Origin: Xylographa opegraphella
Taxonomy: Eukaryota
NCBI GenBank assembly: GCA_022813865.1
Contig: JALDZX010000044.1
Coordinates: 62,001-126,000, forward strand
Direction: 5' to 3'
DNA: 64,000 nucleotides
Position 1 is the first letter of the stretch; each line of letters starts with the position of its first letter. The notes beneath the pieces are model-generated. The model ran no database searches and had not been told where the DNA came from. It saw only the letters and a list, made by a program, of their open reading frames with translations. The position numbers and the translations under genes are program-made. Shown here piece after piece: positions 12,201-23,684 of the stretch.

Positions 12201-15200
12201 GCTGTCTCAGTTCCTGCCTCATGTGTGGCTCAGGCGATGCATCCATTGCCAAATTCATGCTTGCTGGGACATGGTTCAATTGCCTCATCGGATCCAGCAA
12301 ATGGTAGACACCTCCACCATAATGCCGACCTATCCTCTCGTATTCTCTCAAACAAGCACCGTCCGTCTCAGGCCGTCGTGCAGATTCTATCGTCTGCAAC
12401 ATCCCGACACGATCGGTCATGGGCACCCTGTGGACATTGGCTCCGTTGGCACCGAAAGGATGAGGAGTTCAATAAATTAAAGAGCAACGTGGTTCCACAG
12501 ATCCAGAGCCAACGCAAGTGAATAGAGGGAGAGTTGGTCGTCGATGGGGTGGAAGCCAGACCGCCTCAGGTCACACGAACAGGTCTCATCCCCTCGTACC
12601 CGGGAGGCTTCGTCGCCGTGCTTGCTGGGGATGCGAGATCGCTCTTGGTACGTCCGAATGTGCATCTCCACATGGAAGCTTTCCATTGCTTCAGACACAG
12701 GGGACTACATCAACCGCTGTGGCCGGTTCCTGAGCCCAGCTTTTTACCAATCAGAGTCGTCTCGTCCCCTTCAAGCATGTCCCGGGGTCAGCTTGGATGT
12801 CTAATTATCTTTTAAAATAATCAGGCCTACCTCCCACGTTCATTTTTCGACCCTGTTCCTTGCTGCTGCCCGATTGACAAGTACCAGTTCGTTGGTCTCG
12901 TGGTTGATGTCTTACGTGGGACGGTATTCTCACTTTGTCACACGTGTCTCCACTCGTACGGTACAGCCACGGTGGTCTTTCCTGCAGCTCTCAGTTCTGT
13001 ATCTTCCTCATCTTTGACTTTTGCCACTTGCTGAGAACGGCGCTCCACTCCGGATTCGATTTGTTTATAGGTGGTGGGTTGACTTCGTGGTGACGAAGTC
13101 CTTATCGTCACTGGCATTCACACGATTAACAGGCCTGCATGCTCAATTTCGGCATGTGCTGTCGGTCATGCCCTTGAGAACGGCTCCCTCTCAAGTTCTC
13201 CGGCCGAGATTACGACACAGCACTCTACTCGAAGCAGCTACATCGAGGATGCTACCCTGCTGGCGAAACAATCTCGCCCATACGCTCCAGCTGTGCCAGG
13301 AGGGCAGGGTTCGAAAGATTTATTTGAACACCATAGCGTCCTCCAGTCTTCTCTACGATGATGTCCAGTTTGTCCTCTGCGTTCATTCCACAAGTGATTT
13401 GGGAGAATGTGCTTCGGCTGTGATCACTCGCGCTCTAACACTGTGTGGCTGCTCTCCGAGGGATGCCTTCTCATGCACACACCTTTCCACTTACCACTAT
13501 CACGAACGTATTGTCGGAGGAACCCACCTCCTGAACAGTCTCCCCATGCCGTGAGTCGAAGCTTGCTACACGGTTACGCTTCGAAGCAGAGAGCTGCCCT
13601 CTGAGAAATGATACAACGTTGCTAGGCAAGCCCCTTCCACTTTGTCGTCTGTGCCAGCACTCTCGCATAAGACGGTCCGATGCGTCGCCAACATCCCAAC
13701 CACGATTGTACAACCATACACACTTTGCGATCGTCTGTCCCATTGTAAAAGCGCGCTTCCCAGGCTCCATGCCATCACCCTTACTCCCTGCTCCAGGGCC
13801 GCCCCCACCCCCTCCCGAATCCCGTCGAGTGAATCGACCAACCCAACGAGCAGCACACCCATCCGCGGTCCGAGACGTGGTTTTCCCTCAACCGACGACG
13901 CACAGGTCCAGCCCGCCTGCAACGGTCACCTCCCTCGCACTGTACCGCTGTGTACGGGTCTCGGGCCTTTTGGCTTGGCAGTCCCATTCGGACCGTGCTG
14001 GCGAGGTTGAGGGCTCGGAAGGGGGCGGCGAGCGTGGTGGGGTTGTGGTGTTTGATTAGATATTGGTGATATGGGGTGCGTCAAGGTGGGAGCGGTGTTT
14101 GTTGTGGTATCATGTGGTTGGGTGGGTGGGTTGGTGAAGGGGGTGAGGGAGGGGGGGGGGAGGAGAGGAGGGAAGGGAGGGGTGGTGGTTGGAATGATGG
14201 ATTTCTATGAGCACTGTGGTTCTTGTGGTTCTATGAGCACCATCCATTTACTGCGGCGTCATCGGGAAGGGATAAATGGATTTAGATCCCAACCTTGGCA
14301 TTTCAGTCGTTTATATAGTGAGATACGGGGTGGTATAAATGCGTTGCGAGAACGTCGAGCTTTGCAAATAGCTTCCGCACGTACGCGGAGGAAAGTCATT
14401 TTGTTTATCTATGCAGCGGGCAATGGGGGCCGTGGCAACTACAATTTAAGGCTTCGTATAATAGACACATTCTTCACCTCAGCTGGCTCGGTCAACCTTT
14501 CCCGATCCTAGCCTCTCCTTTCCACACGAACATGAGTTAGTCAGCGCTGGTAAGGCACGGCTATTGAGTAAAGCCGCTTCGTGTCCGCTCAAGGCCCGCA
14601 TTGCGCCGTGCTCACTCCCTTTCCCCCTTCGCTCTTTCGCCCTTCGCCCTTCGCCCCACGGGGGGCTCGGCCTTGCTATTTGTAGTTTCGCAAAAAGGCA
14701 AGGTTTCTGGCATCTGGAAGAGGAGACGTGGAAGGCATTGCTTGCCCGCCCGATTACTTTCTGACACATGGAGGAATGACTTGCAGCACATCCCGAAAAG
14801 GCGGAGTTGAGGCACGATGCGACGGGTGCGTGGTGTGTGGGGATGGAGAGGGGCGGTCACTTCACCGCATCGATGCTTTTTTCTGTGGGGGAGGGGGGGC
14901 GAAATCGCTTTTTGCTTACTTGTTACTGGTGGGATGGGCTGTTGCGGTGAGGGAGGAGTGGGCGAATAGATGCTGGATTATTAAAAACTACGGGGTAGCC
15001 TCCCTCTGCCTCCGGTACTCACCACGCCGAAGGGCATGCTTCTGGATGGCTCTATTGCCTGCGTCTAGGCCGTGGATAATCGCAAACGGATTGCGACGGA
15101 GGAAAGGCTGGTTGCCGTTTTGTTGGTCGAGCCTTTCTTTTCCTTCCACTATTATTGCACCAGAGGTTGCGGATCTGAGGCTGATTTGAGCCGATGGCAA

Positions 15201-16327
15201 CCTGAGAAATCCCCAGACCGCCTCTCTCAGGAGGAATGGGATTGGGATGGGATGGATGGATGAGGCCCCCTCCCCCACGATCACAGGAAGTGCCTGCCTG
15301 GACGGCCTCATCGAGGCAAGGACGCGCGAATGCATGATCGCGATGACCGGACGGAGTAATAATGGCAGGATACCTTGGGTAGCATGACTTCAGCAAACGC
15401 CGCCTCTCACATAATCCTCACCCGCACATCGCATCAGCTCCTTGCGTCCTTCTTCTCGTCTTTTCATAAATTCCTCTCCGCCCTCAAATCTTTGCTGCCC
15501 TCCCCTTGTTCTTTCTCCCTTTCCATCGCACATCTCACGTACGCGCCCGACAGACGGACAAGGCTGAGCCAAACAAGCCGGAAGCACAACAACGGGGCCA
15601 ACATTTGTCGCCGCTGCGCCCCATACATTGTCACAAAAGAAAAAACAGTCACACTCCCCCCCGGTCGTGGGTGCGCGAACAAGTCGTGTGTGTGATTCCC
15701 AGCACGCGATACGCCCCAACTTGCACACGTCCTTCTCGCTTCTGACCAGCCTTTTGTCCACCGGTCCCGGCTGTGGCGAAAAAGGGCCAAATCCTGCTTT
15801 TCTCGCCGTCGTTGGTGACGCTTCTGAAACGGGTTGGCGGCCTCACACGGTGGCGCAACGCGCATCTGGCAGGAAAGACAAACACAACCTTTTCACTCAC
15901 TCCCCACCTCACTCGCCATCTCCACCCACGCGACCCTTTGCGCGCCCCAACCCTCTTTCACTCAACATCTCACACGGCTCCGTATAAGGTGTGATCCCAC
16001 CGTCAGCAGCGTTGGCCGTTGCTGCCGTTTGTTCGCTTCCTCCCATCGCAGATACGTATCGGCATATAGCTGCCACCACCTCGCGCTTCTTCAGCGATCA
16101 GGACTCCTCCGTCCACGAGCTCGCCTTCTCCACCGTCGCGCCTCTTGACGTTTGCATGCTGTCGCTGCTGCCACTCCTTGCCGCTTTCTCAACACCAGCG
16201 CTCACGAGCGAAGATTCCAGACCAGCGGCCCTCGCTTTTGGAGAGAACGACGCGCACCTACACGTCTGAGGCTTTGCTGCTAGCACCCCGTTCCGCCAAA
16301 CCACTATCACCACCACGACGATAGCAG

Positions 16328-16876
16328 ATGTTGCCCGCCTTGAGGCCCCGCCGGCCTTGCACCACCAGCTCAACCACCACCACCACCCCGCCCCCCACAA
16401 CCCTCAGCCCCTTCTTCGCCACGACCCTCAAATCCACGCTCTCCCCGCCGACAACCACAACCACAACCTCCCCAACAGACTACTTCTCCCTCTCACCGTC
16501 TACCGCCTCCACCACCAGCAACCCCTCCTCGCCCTCCTCCCCCAGCACCCACCCAACCGCCTACCCCTCCTGGCCGCGCCGGCCCTCCCTCGCCCTCCGC
16601 CCCGCCATCCACTCCCCCACGCACCCGCCCGACTGCTACGCCCTCCCGTCGTCGCACATCCCCACCGACGAGTTGCTCGCGCTGGCGTCGTGGGGGTTGG
16701 ATACTCAGGAGGGGGAGGGCGGAGAGGAGGGGTTGGGCATCAGTTGGAGTGCGACGAGGCAGCCGGAGGTGGTGCGTGGGGAGGAGAGGAGGAGGAGGGT
16801 TGGGGCGGTGGCGCCTGGGGGGAGGCTGGGGAGAAGGGAGAGGAATCGAGGGGGGAGGGGGAAGGTGAGGGTATGA
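16328..16876 (+). CDS. Small Thr/Ser/Pro-rich hypothetical protein
   Basis: ATG-started 182-aa ORF. Its AYPSWPRRPSL...SSHIPTDELL segment resembles a motif I recall from uncharacterised Pezizomycotina proteins. Confidence 0.6.
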   Translation: MLPALRPRRPCTTSSTTTTTPPPTTLSPFFATTLKSTLSPPTTTTTTSPTDYFSLSPSTASTTSNPSSPSSPSTHPTAYPSWPRRPSLALRPAIHSPTHPPDCYALPSSHIPTDELLALASWGLDTQEGEGGEEGLGISWSATRQPEVVRGEERRRRVGAVAPGGRLGRRERNRGGRGKVRV

Positions 16877-17384
16877 GAGGGGTTGGATGGATATGATTTG
16901 CATGGGCATGGCATGGCGGAAGGATGGAGGGATGGAAAGTGACGATGACGACGACATGATATGATACCCCCCACCTTGTGTGCGCCGCCGATGGCTGGCG
17001 GTTTTTTCGGTTTTTTTGCGCGCGGGTTAGCGGGGCTTGGGTTTTGGGGTGGTTCGGCGTTTCTACGGGTTGTTTTTTTGTGGTGTTTGAGTCGTGAATG
17101 CATGCACTACTTGTATACGTAAGGGACATACATACCCGGCTTGTTGCGTTGTGAATAGGTACCTTACTCAAATTAGGTATATTGCGCTGTTCTTGGCAAT
17201 TTTCATGACTAAATGCTTGGTCAGCAACAACCCTCCCTCGAGCCATTTGAAGATGTCATCCCCGGAAAGCACACATGAGCTTGAAGCAGTTGCACGGTCA
17301 TGATCCACCTCAAGCTACGGTGAGGCAATCGCCTTGCCATTAGGAACAGTACTACTCACCACATCGAATCACCCTGCTGGCAAT

Positions 17385-18629
17385 ATGGTGCTCGACGATG
17401 CAGCCTTCCCCATACCTCAGTCCGATTTCCCCTCGACTTTCGACTCCGACGTTCCAGAATCCCACCAATTGCAGATCGACATAAGCCATCTTCCCAAGGG
17501 GATGCCTATCTTGGGCCCCCTTTTCGGATACGACGATGCTCGTCTGATCCGATCTATCAACGAGAACATCAAAAACTTCATGGAACACATCCATCGACCG
17601 ACCACCCAAGATGAATCAGAGGCTATTGCATACTACACAGCCAAAGGTCAATCGATACTGAGCTATGGTCAACCAACCGGCCTGGCGGCCGGAGCCTACC
17701 AAGCGTGGTCGACACGGGACAGCTACAAATTCCCCTTTGTGAAGGCGAGAGAGGGCTTCGACGGCAATACCGTCAAGCTCGGTAAGATGGTGTTGGCGCA
17801 GGGCCCGATGGCCAGAGTGTTCTGGCATTCGGCTAGACTGGCCGTGTACGGAGCGGTTGGGATGTGGGTTGTGGGCATCGGTGTGGCAGGCTACGCAGCT
17901 TCCGTGGCAGCAGTCGGCCAACTGGGCGACCCGAGGCTGAAAGACCTGGTCGAGGCGGTGAAAAAGGAGAGAAAAGCACAACTGGATCGCCAGGGCATGC
18001 GGCCTTCTGTGCGGGGAGATCCTACCGGACAAGGGCCTACGAACGCGAGTGACTTGTGGAAGAACCACAGAGGCGCAATTGGTGCTCCGGAGGTTGACGA
18101 TGGGAGCCCGACTGCAGGAGAGTTCGCTGAAGTGCAAGACATGGACGCGAACTTCTACGCCAACGAGGGTGCTGACATGGGCGATGGACAAGCGAACACG
18201 GTGGCAGTCCGGTCGAGTCCCACACCAATACGCCGTGGACCCGCTTGGAACAGAGCGGCGGAAAGCGGGAATCTGAATGCAGATGACCCTTCTCCATCCG
18301 TATTCTACGGCGATATGGACGATGCCAGTCCTGGTGCAGTGACGGGCAGCAACGTCCAAGGCAGAGGGAAAGCTTGGGAACGATTGAGGAGAGAAGCGGG
18401 TATAAATCCATCTACAACTGGGAGCTCGAGGCCTGGACGAGGAAGACCAGCTCCACAACAGGCGATGCGGGAGGATGACTCGAATGACTCGGACCATTAT
18501 TCGTTCTCGAAGTCGGACGATGAGACACAACGCTCGAGAGAACAGGCGCAGCGAGAGTTCGATGCACAGCTTGAGCGAGAAAGGCGAGGTGAGAACTTTG
18601 ATAGTAATAGCAAGGGAAGGGGATGGTGA
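17385..18629 (+). CDS. Conserved fungal hypothetical protein, probably membrane-anchored
   Basis: Intronless ORF, first ATG 17385 (MVLDD). Hydrophobic segments (LAVYGAVGMWVVGIGVAGYAASVAAV) and C-terminal motifs KAWERLRREA and EQAQREFDAQLERERRG. Confidence 0.85.
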   Translation: MVLDDAAFPIPQSDFPSTFDSDVPESHQLQIDISHLPKGMPILGPLFGYDDARLIRSINENIKNFMEHIHRPTTQDESEAIAYYTAKGQSILSYGQPTGLAAGAYQAWSTRDSYKFPFVKAREGFDGNTVKLGKMVLAQGPMARVFWHSARLAVYGAVGMWVVGIGVAGYAASVAAVGQLGDPRLKDLVEAVKKERKAQLDRQGMRPSVRGDPTGQGPTNASDLWKNHRGAIGAPEVDDGSPTAGEFAEVQDMDANFYANEGADMGDGQANTVAVRSSPTPIRRGPAWNRAAESGNLNADDPSPSVFYGDMDDASPGAVTGSNVQGRGKAWERLRREAGINPSTTGSSRPGRGRPAPQQAMREDDSNDSDHYSFSKSDDETQRSREQAQREFDAQLERERRGENFDSNSKGRGW

Positions 18630-19197
18630 AACGCTTCAAACTCTCACACCTTTTCCAGCTGTGTGGGCATGTACGCTGCCTGCTTACTGGTTTTGCATCA
18701 CGGACTGTGTGATGCTTCCGATGCCTCGCGTGACTGGTTCCACGGATGACTGCCTTGTGAAAGCACCTTGTTCTATTATCAATAGCTGCTATCGGAGCGT
18801 ATGCTATGTCAGAAAATCTTGCCTCTTTCTCGCCGCGCTCTTCCGCTTCATTGACCACTTGACTACGAATCTGGTTTGAGCATGGCTTCTCAATCTGACG
18901 CTATCATGATGGGCCAATCGTTTTCTTTTCTGTTGATGAATTGTTCTTCACTCACAAAGTCCGCTGACCTCCATGCTACCCCAAGTGTCCGAAATCCAGG
19001 CGTGAAGTGAAGAGTGGTGGGGCTTTGTGTAACATGAAGACCTCAATAAAAAACGCTCGACCCCGGCCCTTGAAATATCTCTACTGAATTTCCCTTTGAG
19101 TTTTTTTTTTTTTTTTGGAACAGCTGTCTCCACCAATCGAATATACAACCCAAGTTCCCGAAAACCCCACCGAAAACACCCTTCACCACCTGCAGCA

Positions 19198-21254
19198 ATG
19201 AGCGCGGACACGGACATCGCCTACATAGCCTTGCTCATCTCCCTCGCGGCGCTGGTCTGCTCGACCGCCCAGCTCCTCGGCCAATACCTCGCCACCGCGG
19301 ACGGCTACCGGCGATGCCAGAAAGCGGTCATGGGCCCGTGGGCGCGTGAGACCCGCCTGCGCTGGCACTGGAAGCAGTTCCGCTTCGAGACCGTCTTCAC
19401 CGTGCCGGAGATCATCCTCTGGGACGGCGGCAGCCGCGACGACGACGCCGCCGACGTCCTCGCCACCCGCACCGAGCTCATCGACGGCTCCGCCCCCTCG
19501 CGCGAGCGCACCCACGTCCCCCCCGCCCCCGACGACGCGACGAGGCAGACCCACACCGAGCGCAAAGGCGCCACCGGCCCGCGACGGCTGGCGTTCACGA
19601 GCCGCGCCGCGCTGCGCACGCTGGATCCGCAGGCCGAGCTGGTGTGCTGGCTGGGGCTGCTGGAGGCGCTGCATGAGCACGAGGGCGACGTGGTGCGCTG
19701 CAATGGCTATGCGGAGCCGGCGGGGCGCGCGACGCCGGAGCAGACGCGGCCGGCGGTCACGTTCCGGCGCCGGTCGTGGGACTTTCAGGCCGCGGACACG
19801 ATTCGTCCGCATGCGGTCAGTAATGTGGGCGATGTTGCGGTGCTGGTGCATCGCTTGGGGATGAGTTGGCAGGATTTTCGTAAGTCCGTTGGGATTGCTA
19901 TGAGTGGATTTTACCGGGGAGTTAGAAAAGCGCATCGGGACTGTCGGTTGAGCTTTTTTGGCTGCCTTCCTCGTTATACTCCATTATCACACTCGACTAG
20001 GTTTCTCAAACTTCCTCCGCATTCTATCCTTGTCCGACAGAACAAACCCCATACTAACACCCCCCTCCCCCCCGCCCCACAGGTCCCCAAGACGGCCTCC
20101 TCCGCGCCGAAGGCAACGGCCACCTGCTCATATCGACCTTCTCGCGCAGCGTCGGCATCGTGCTGCAATACATGCGCGTCGGCCCGTCCCAGCACCACAA
20201 CACATACATCGCCTCCACGGCGGCGGACAAGATGGGCTTCGGCCTGCTCGCCGGCGTGGCGGCGCTGCTGGTGCCGGCGTACGCCATCGGCAGCACGCCC
20301 GAGGTGCTGGCGACGGCCGACCGCATCGACCCCTCCGGCACGCTGCGCCGCGTCACGCACGATATCAGGCACCCCTTGCTCTGCCCCACGTGCCTGTTCG
20401 GCTTCGCCGACATCGTCCCGCTGGCGTCGGGCATGCTGCGCGTGCGGGGCTCCTCTATCGTGAGGCTCCGCGTGCCGGCGGAGTATGTTGTTGGCTTGAC
20501 GTGCCATGCGGAGGTGCGTGTCCGTTCCTCCCCCCCTCCTCCTCCTCCTCCTCCTCCTCCTCCTCCGCGTAACCACAGACCACCCCAGACTAATCCCCTC
20601 CCCTCCCCCGGCCAGGCCTTCAAAGTCTTCCACCACCGCCTCCAACACCACATCGCCACCTCCCCGGCCCCCGCCTCCCCCACCCTGCACTGGGTCCTCT
20701 CCCAATACGAAAGCCTACAAGCGACGCACCCCGCATGGGAAGACGAGTCCCTCGCCCTGCACCTGCTCAACGAGCGCCCCCTCCCCTTCCTCGACGCCGT
20801 GCACGACGTCCACGACGCCACGACCGCCTACTTCACCGACCTGCAAACGCGCAAGCCGCCCCATCCCCGACTGCGCTACGCATCACTCATGGCCGCGCAC
20901 CTCTCGCAGGCAGTGCACTACTGGAAAGACGCCACGGACCGCGTCAAGGGCGTGGATGGCGCGCAGCCGCGCGAGCGCTTCGGCGGCCGCGACTGGGTGG
21001 CCGAGGGGGCGCACTGCTATTGGGATTATGTGCCGCTGGTGGCGGCGGGCGTGAGGGCAAGGGGTGCGGCGGGGGTGGGGGATGGGTTGGTCAGGGAGGC
21101 GTGGTGCGTGATGATGCTGCGGGCGTTTTGTTGGTGGCGGACGCATTATATGGTCGGGGTGGGGGAGGAGGGTGGCACGGTGGAGGCGGGGGTCGAGCTC
21201 GGGAGGCTGCCGAGTCGGTGGTGGGGGAGTAGGCTGCCTGTGTATGTGGGGTAG
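19198..21254 (+). CDS. Modin/MOD-A-like protein
   Basis: Exons 19198-19879, 20083-20513, 20616-21254. N-terminal TM segment then QYLATADGYRRCQKAVMGPW..FRFETVFTVPEI, plus LGMSW..FRPQDGLLRAEGNG and WCVMMLRAFCWW. This resembles fungal proteins annotated as modin (recalled). Confidence 0.75.
20531..20565 (+). repeat. (CCT)n microsatellite inside intron 2 of the modin-like gene
   Basis: About 10 tandem CCT units. Confidence 0.9.
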
Positions 21255-21493
21255 TGCTCGCTGGTTGGGGGGATCGAGGGTGGGGGGGTTGGGGGTGGGA
21301 TTATGACTTTATGATTTGTGGGCTGAGCGGGTATGGTGCGAGTAGGTTTTGATAAGGTATGCTGGGATTTTGGTTTGTATATGGTAACCAATTCTAATTG
21401 ATTTGCTTGGTTTCATAATTCGTTGTTCGTACACGGTATATCCTACTGATATATCCATGTTTTCGTAGACTGCTCGCAACTAACATAGCTTCC

Positions 21494-22551
21494 CTACCAT
21501 TTCTCCACATAGGGTCTAATATCGAGCTCGTTCGTAAACGTCGTCCTCGGCTGAGTGTGTAAGTACCAATAAGCATCGGCAATCTGTGATCACAGCACGT
21601 CAGCAACTCAGCAGTATAATCTCTGCACAGCACGCAGCAGCAATGCCCAACATATTGAATCACTCACCGCATCCGCGCTGATCTTCGCGTCTGGCGCATC
21701 GCTAACCTTCCACTCTTTCGTTCTGGGAATGTCGATGACTCCGTCGATGATCGCATGGCAGACATGCACGCCTTTGGGGCCGAATTCTCGGGCCAACGAC
21801 TGTGCCAAAGCCCGCTTGGCAAAACAGCCAGTCGCGAAGGCGGCCATGGCTGCGGAACCTTTCATGGCGGCGGTGGCGCCTGTGAAGATCAGGCTCGGTG
21901 GATGTGCGGGCGAAGCCGCAACCGTTTCCAGGAGCAGAGGTAGGATCTGTTGGGAGAAGAGGAACGCGCCCGTGCTACAAAGCGCGGGTATCAGCTATTG
22001 CAACTTCGCTGAGCCGGCGCGGCCATCATGTCAATGAGACGCACCCGTTGGCTTCGTAGCAAGATTCGAAGTCCCTCACGCTCAATTCCAAGAAGGGCTT
22101 CCGGATGAACTGGCCTCCAACATTGTAGATCCCAGCTGCAACCGCCTGACGCATACCCTTGATCTTTGTGAAGGCCTCTTCTACACTCTTCGGCGAGCTG
22201 ACGTCGGTACTTATGCCTACAGCCTTGCCACCGCTCTTCTCGATTTCCTCAACCAGGGGTTCGTAATTGGACGGATTACGGGCGAGGAGAACAACGGAGT
22301 ATCTGACAGCATGTTAGATTTGAGCTTTGACGGTCACCGGTGATTGCAGACTCCTTAGCAAACTTCCTTGCCACGGCAGCTCCAGTGCCTGGGCCGACAC
22401 CAGCGATGATCGCAAGAGCAGAGCTTAGAGGCGCCATGTTGGGAGTGTTGGTAGTAAAGTGTCTATGGACGTGGTTCAAACGGGAACTCGCTGAGGTTGC
22501 CTGACGAGTTATTGTAGGTATAGATCCAGAAAGTCGGATGGAGGAAAGCAT
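21494..22551 (-). CDS. Short-chain dehydrogenase/reductase (SDR)
   Basis: Rossmann motif IIAGVGPGTGAAVARKFA, FTGATAAMKG..AKRALAQSLAREFGPKGVHV, and C-terminus ELDIRPYVEKW* (TAG 21496-21494). Three introns (about 22351-22304, 22064-21976, 21667-21584). In-frame ATGs at 22551 and 22437. Confidence 0.9.
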
Positions 22552-23096
22552 TCAGTACTTGATTGAGAGAGAATCGGGGGTTGAGGTGAGAGATATAAGT
22601 CAGCTTTGTAACACAACGGAGGTAACGGAGCTCCGGTGTTTATCGATAAGCAGAGCAGGGGTAGGTCCAGATCTAGTACGAGAATTTTTCTCCTCAGAAT
22701 ACTGGAAACTCATCAGACTCGCTCGCGAAAGGAACTGGAGAGATTGAGTAATTATAGGGTATACCCACGATAGATACATATATTTCGATCACGAAAACAC
22801 GTCAGTCATTTACAACACAAGTGCAACCTTGGTACATTGATACTAGCAGTAAATTAATAACTGATGGGCAGTGTGGGGTACGAAAAGAAATCCATTGGCG
22901 ACAAGAAGAACAGGAACCAGCAGATAACGCGATGTGGAATATAGTGATGCAAGAGTTATATTATTCATTGTTACTACTGCTATTAGAATTCTATGTACAT
23001 TGAAGATATCATAATGCACACTTATTATCCCTCTGTACACTTTTCTAATAATCATCCCATTTCTGCCAATCCCACAAATAGTGTTGACAAAAGTGC

Positions 23097-23447
23097 CTGT
23101 CAGACCTCCATCAACACCCACCCTTCAAGGCCGACCGAAGCCAGACACCGAGAGAGGGTCGAGATCATCACCACTCTCTTTCTCATCTGCCTCATCCGAA
23201 GACGAGTCATCAAAGACATCTTCCCCTCCAGACGCCCGAAGGTGAAGGAGAGTCAGAAAGCGAGAGTATAAAGGCTTCACTCTGGGGCATTGAGGATATA
23301 CGATCATCAGCCAGGTTGGAGATTCTGTAGCTCTGGTAGAGAGAACAGTGAGGGACGTATACTGTAAGAAATGATTCTATGAAGTCTGTTCACAGTGATT
23401 AGCGATGTGCAACAATAGGGATGCATGGGAAAACCCACATCGTCGAT
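23097..23447 (-). ncRNA. U3: U3 snoRNA (box C/D) containing a spliceosomal intron
   Basis: Spliced 5' end ATCGACGAT|ACTTCATAGAATCATTTC matches the fungal U3 GAC/A'/A boxes. Box C' TGATGA 23309-23304, box B AGAGTGA 23283-23277, box C TGATGA 23170-23165, box D CTGA 23103-23100. Intron 23438-23386 (GTGGGT..GCTAAT..CAG). Confidence 0.92.
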
Positions 23448-23684
23448 AAGGAAAAAAAGAGAAGAGAAGCAGAAGCTCTGTGGGATGAAATACCCGAGCT
23501 CGCTAGCGCCGGCAGGAATTTTCATGGCTGGGTAAATGCTTTTCATTACCCCATTGGGCTATTTTCTACGCTCGGGCCGACTTCGGCCAGCGAAAGCTAT
23601 GTGGAAAACCAGCATCAGCTTGTAGTTGAGCCAATTGCACTTCCACGCATCAATCTACCGAGGGATACTTTGATAGGGGTTGTG

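Noticed and set aside
23125..23546. Short minus-strand ORFs 23125-23307 and 23307-23546
   Set aside because: They overlap the U3 snoRNA and are better explained as incidental frames.
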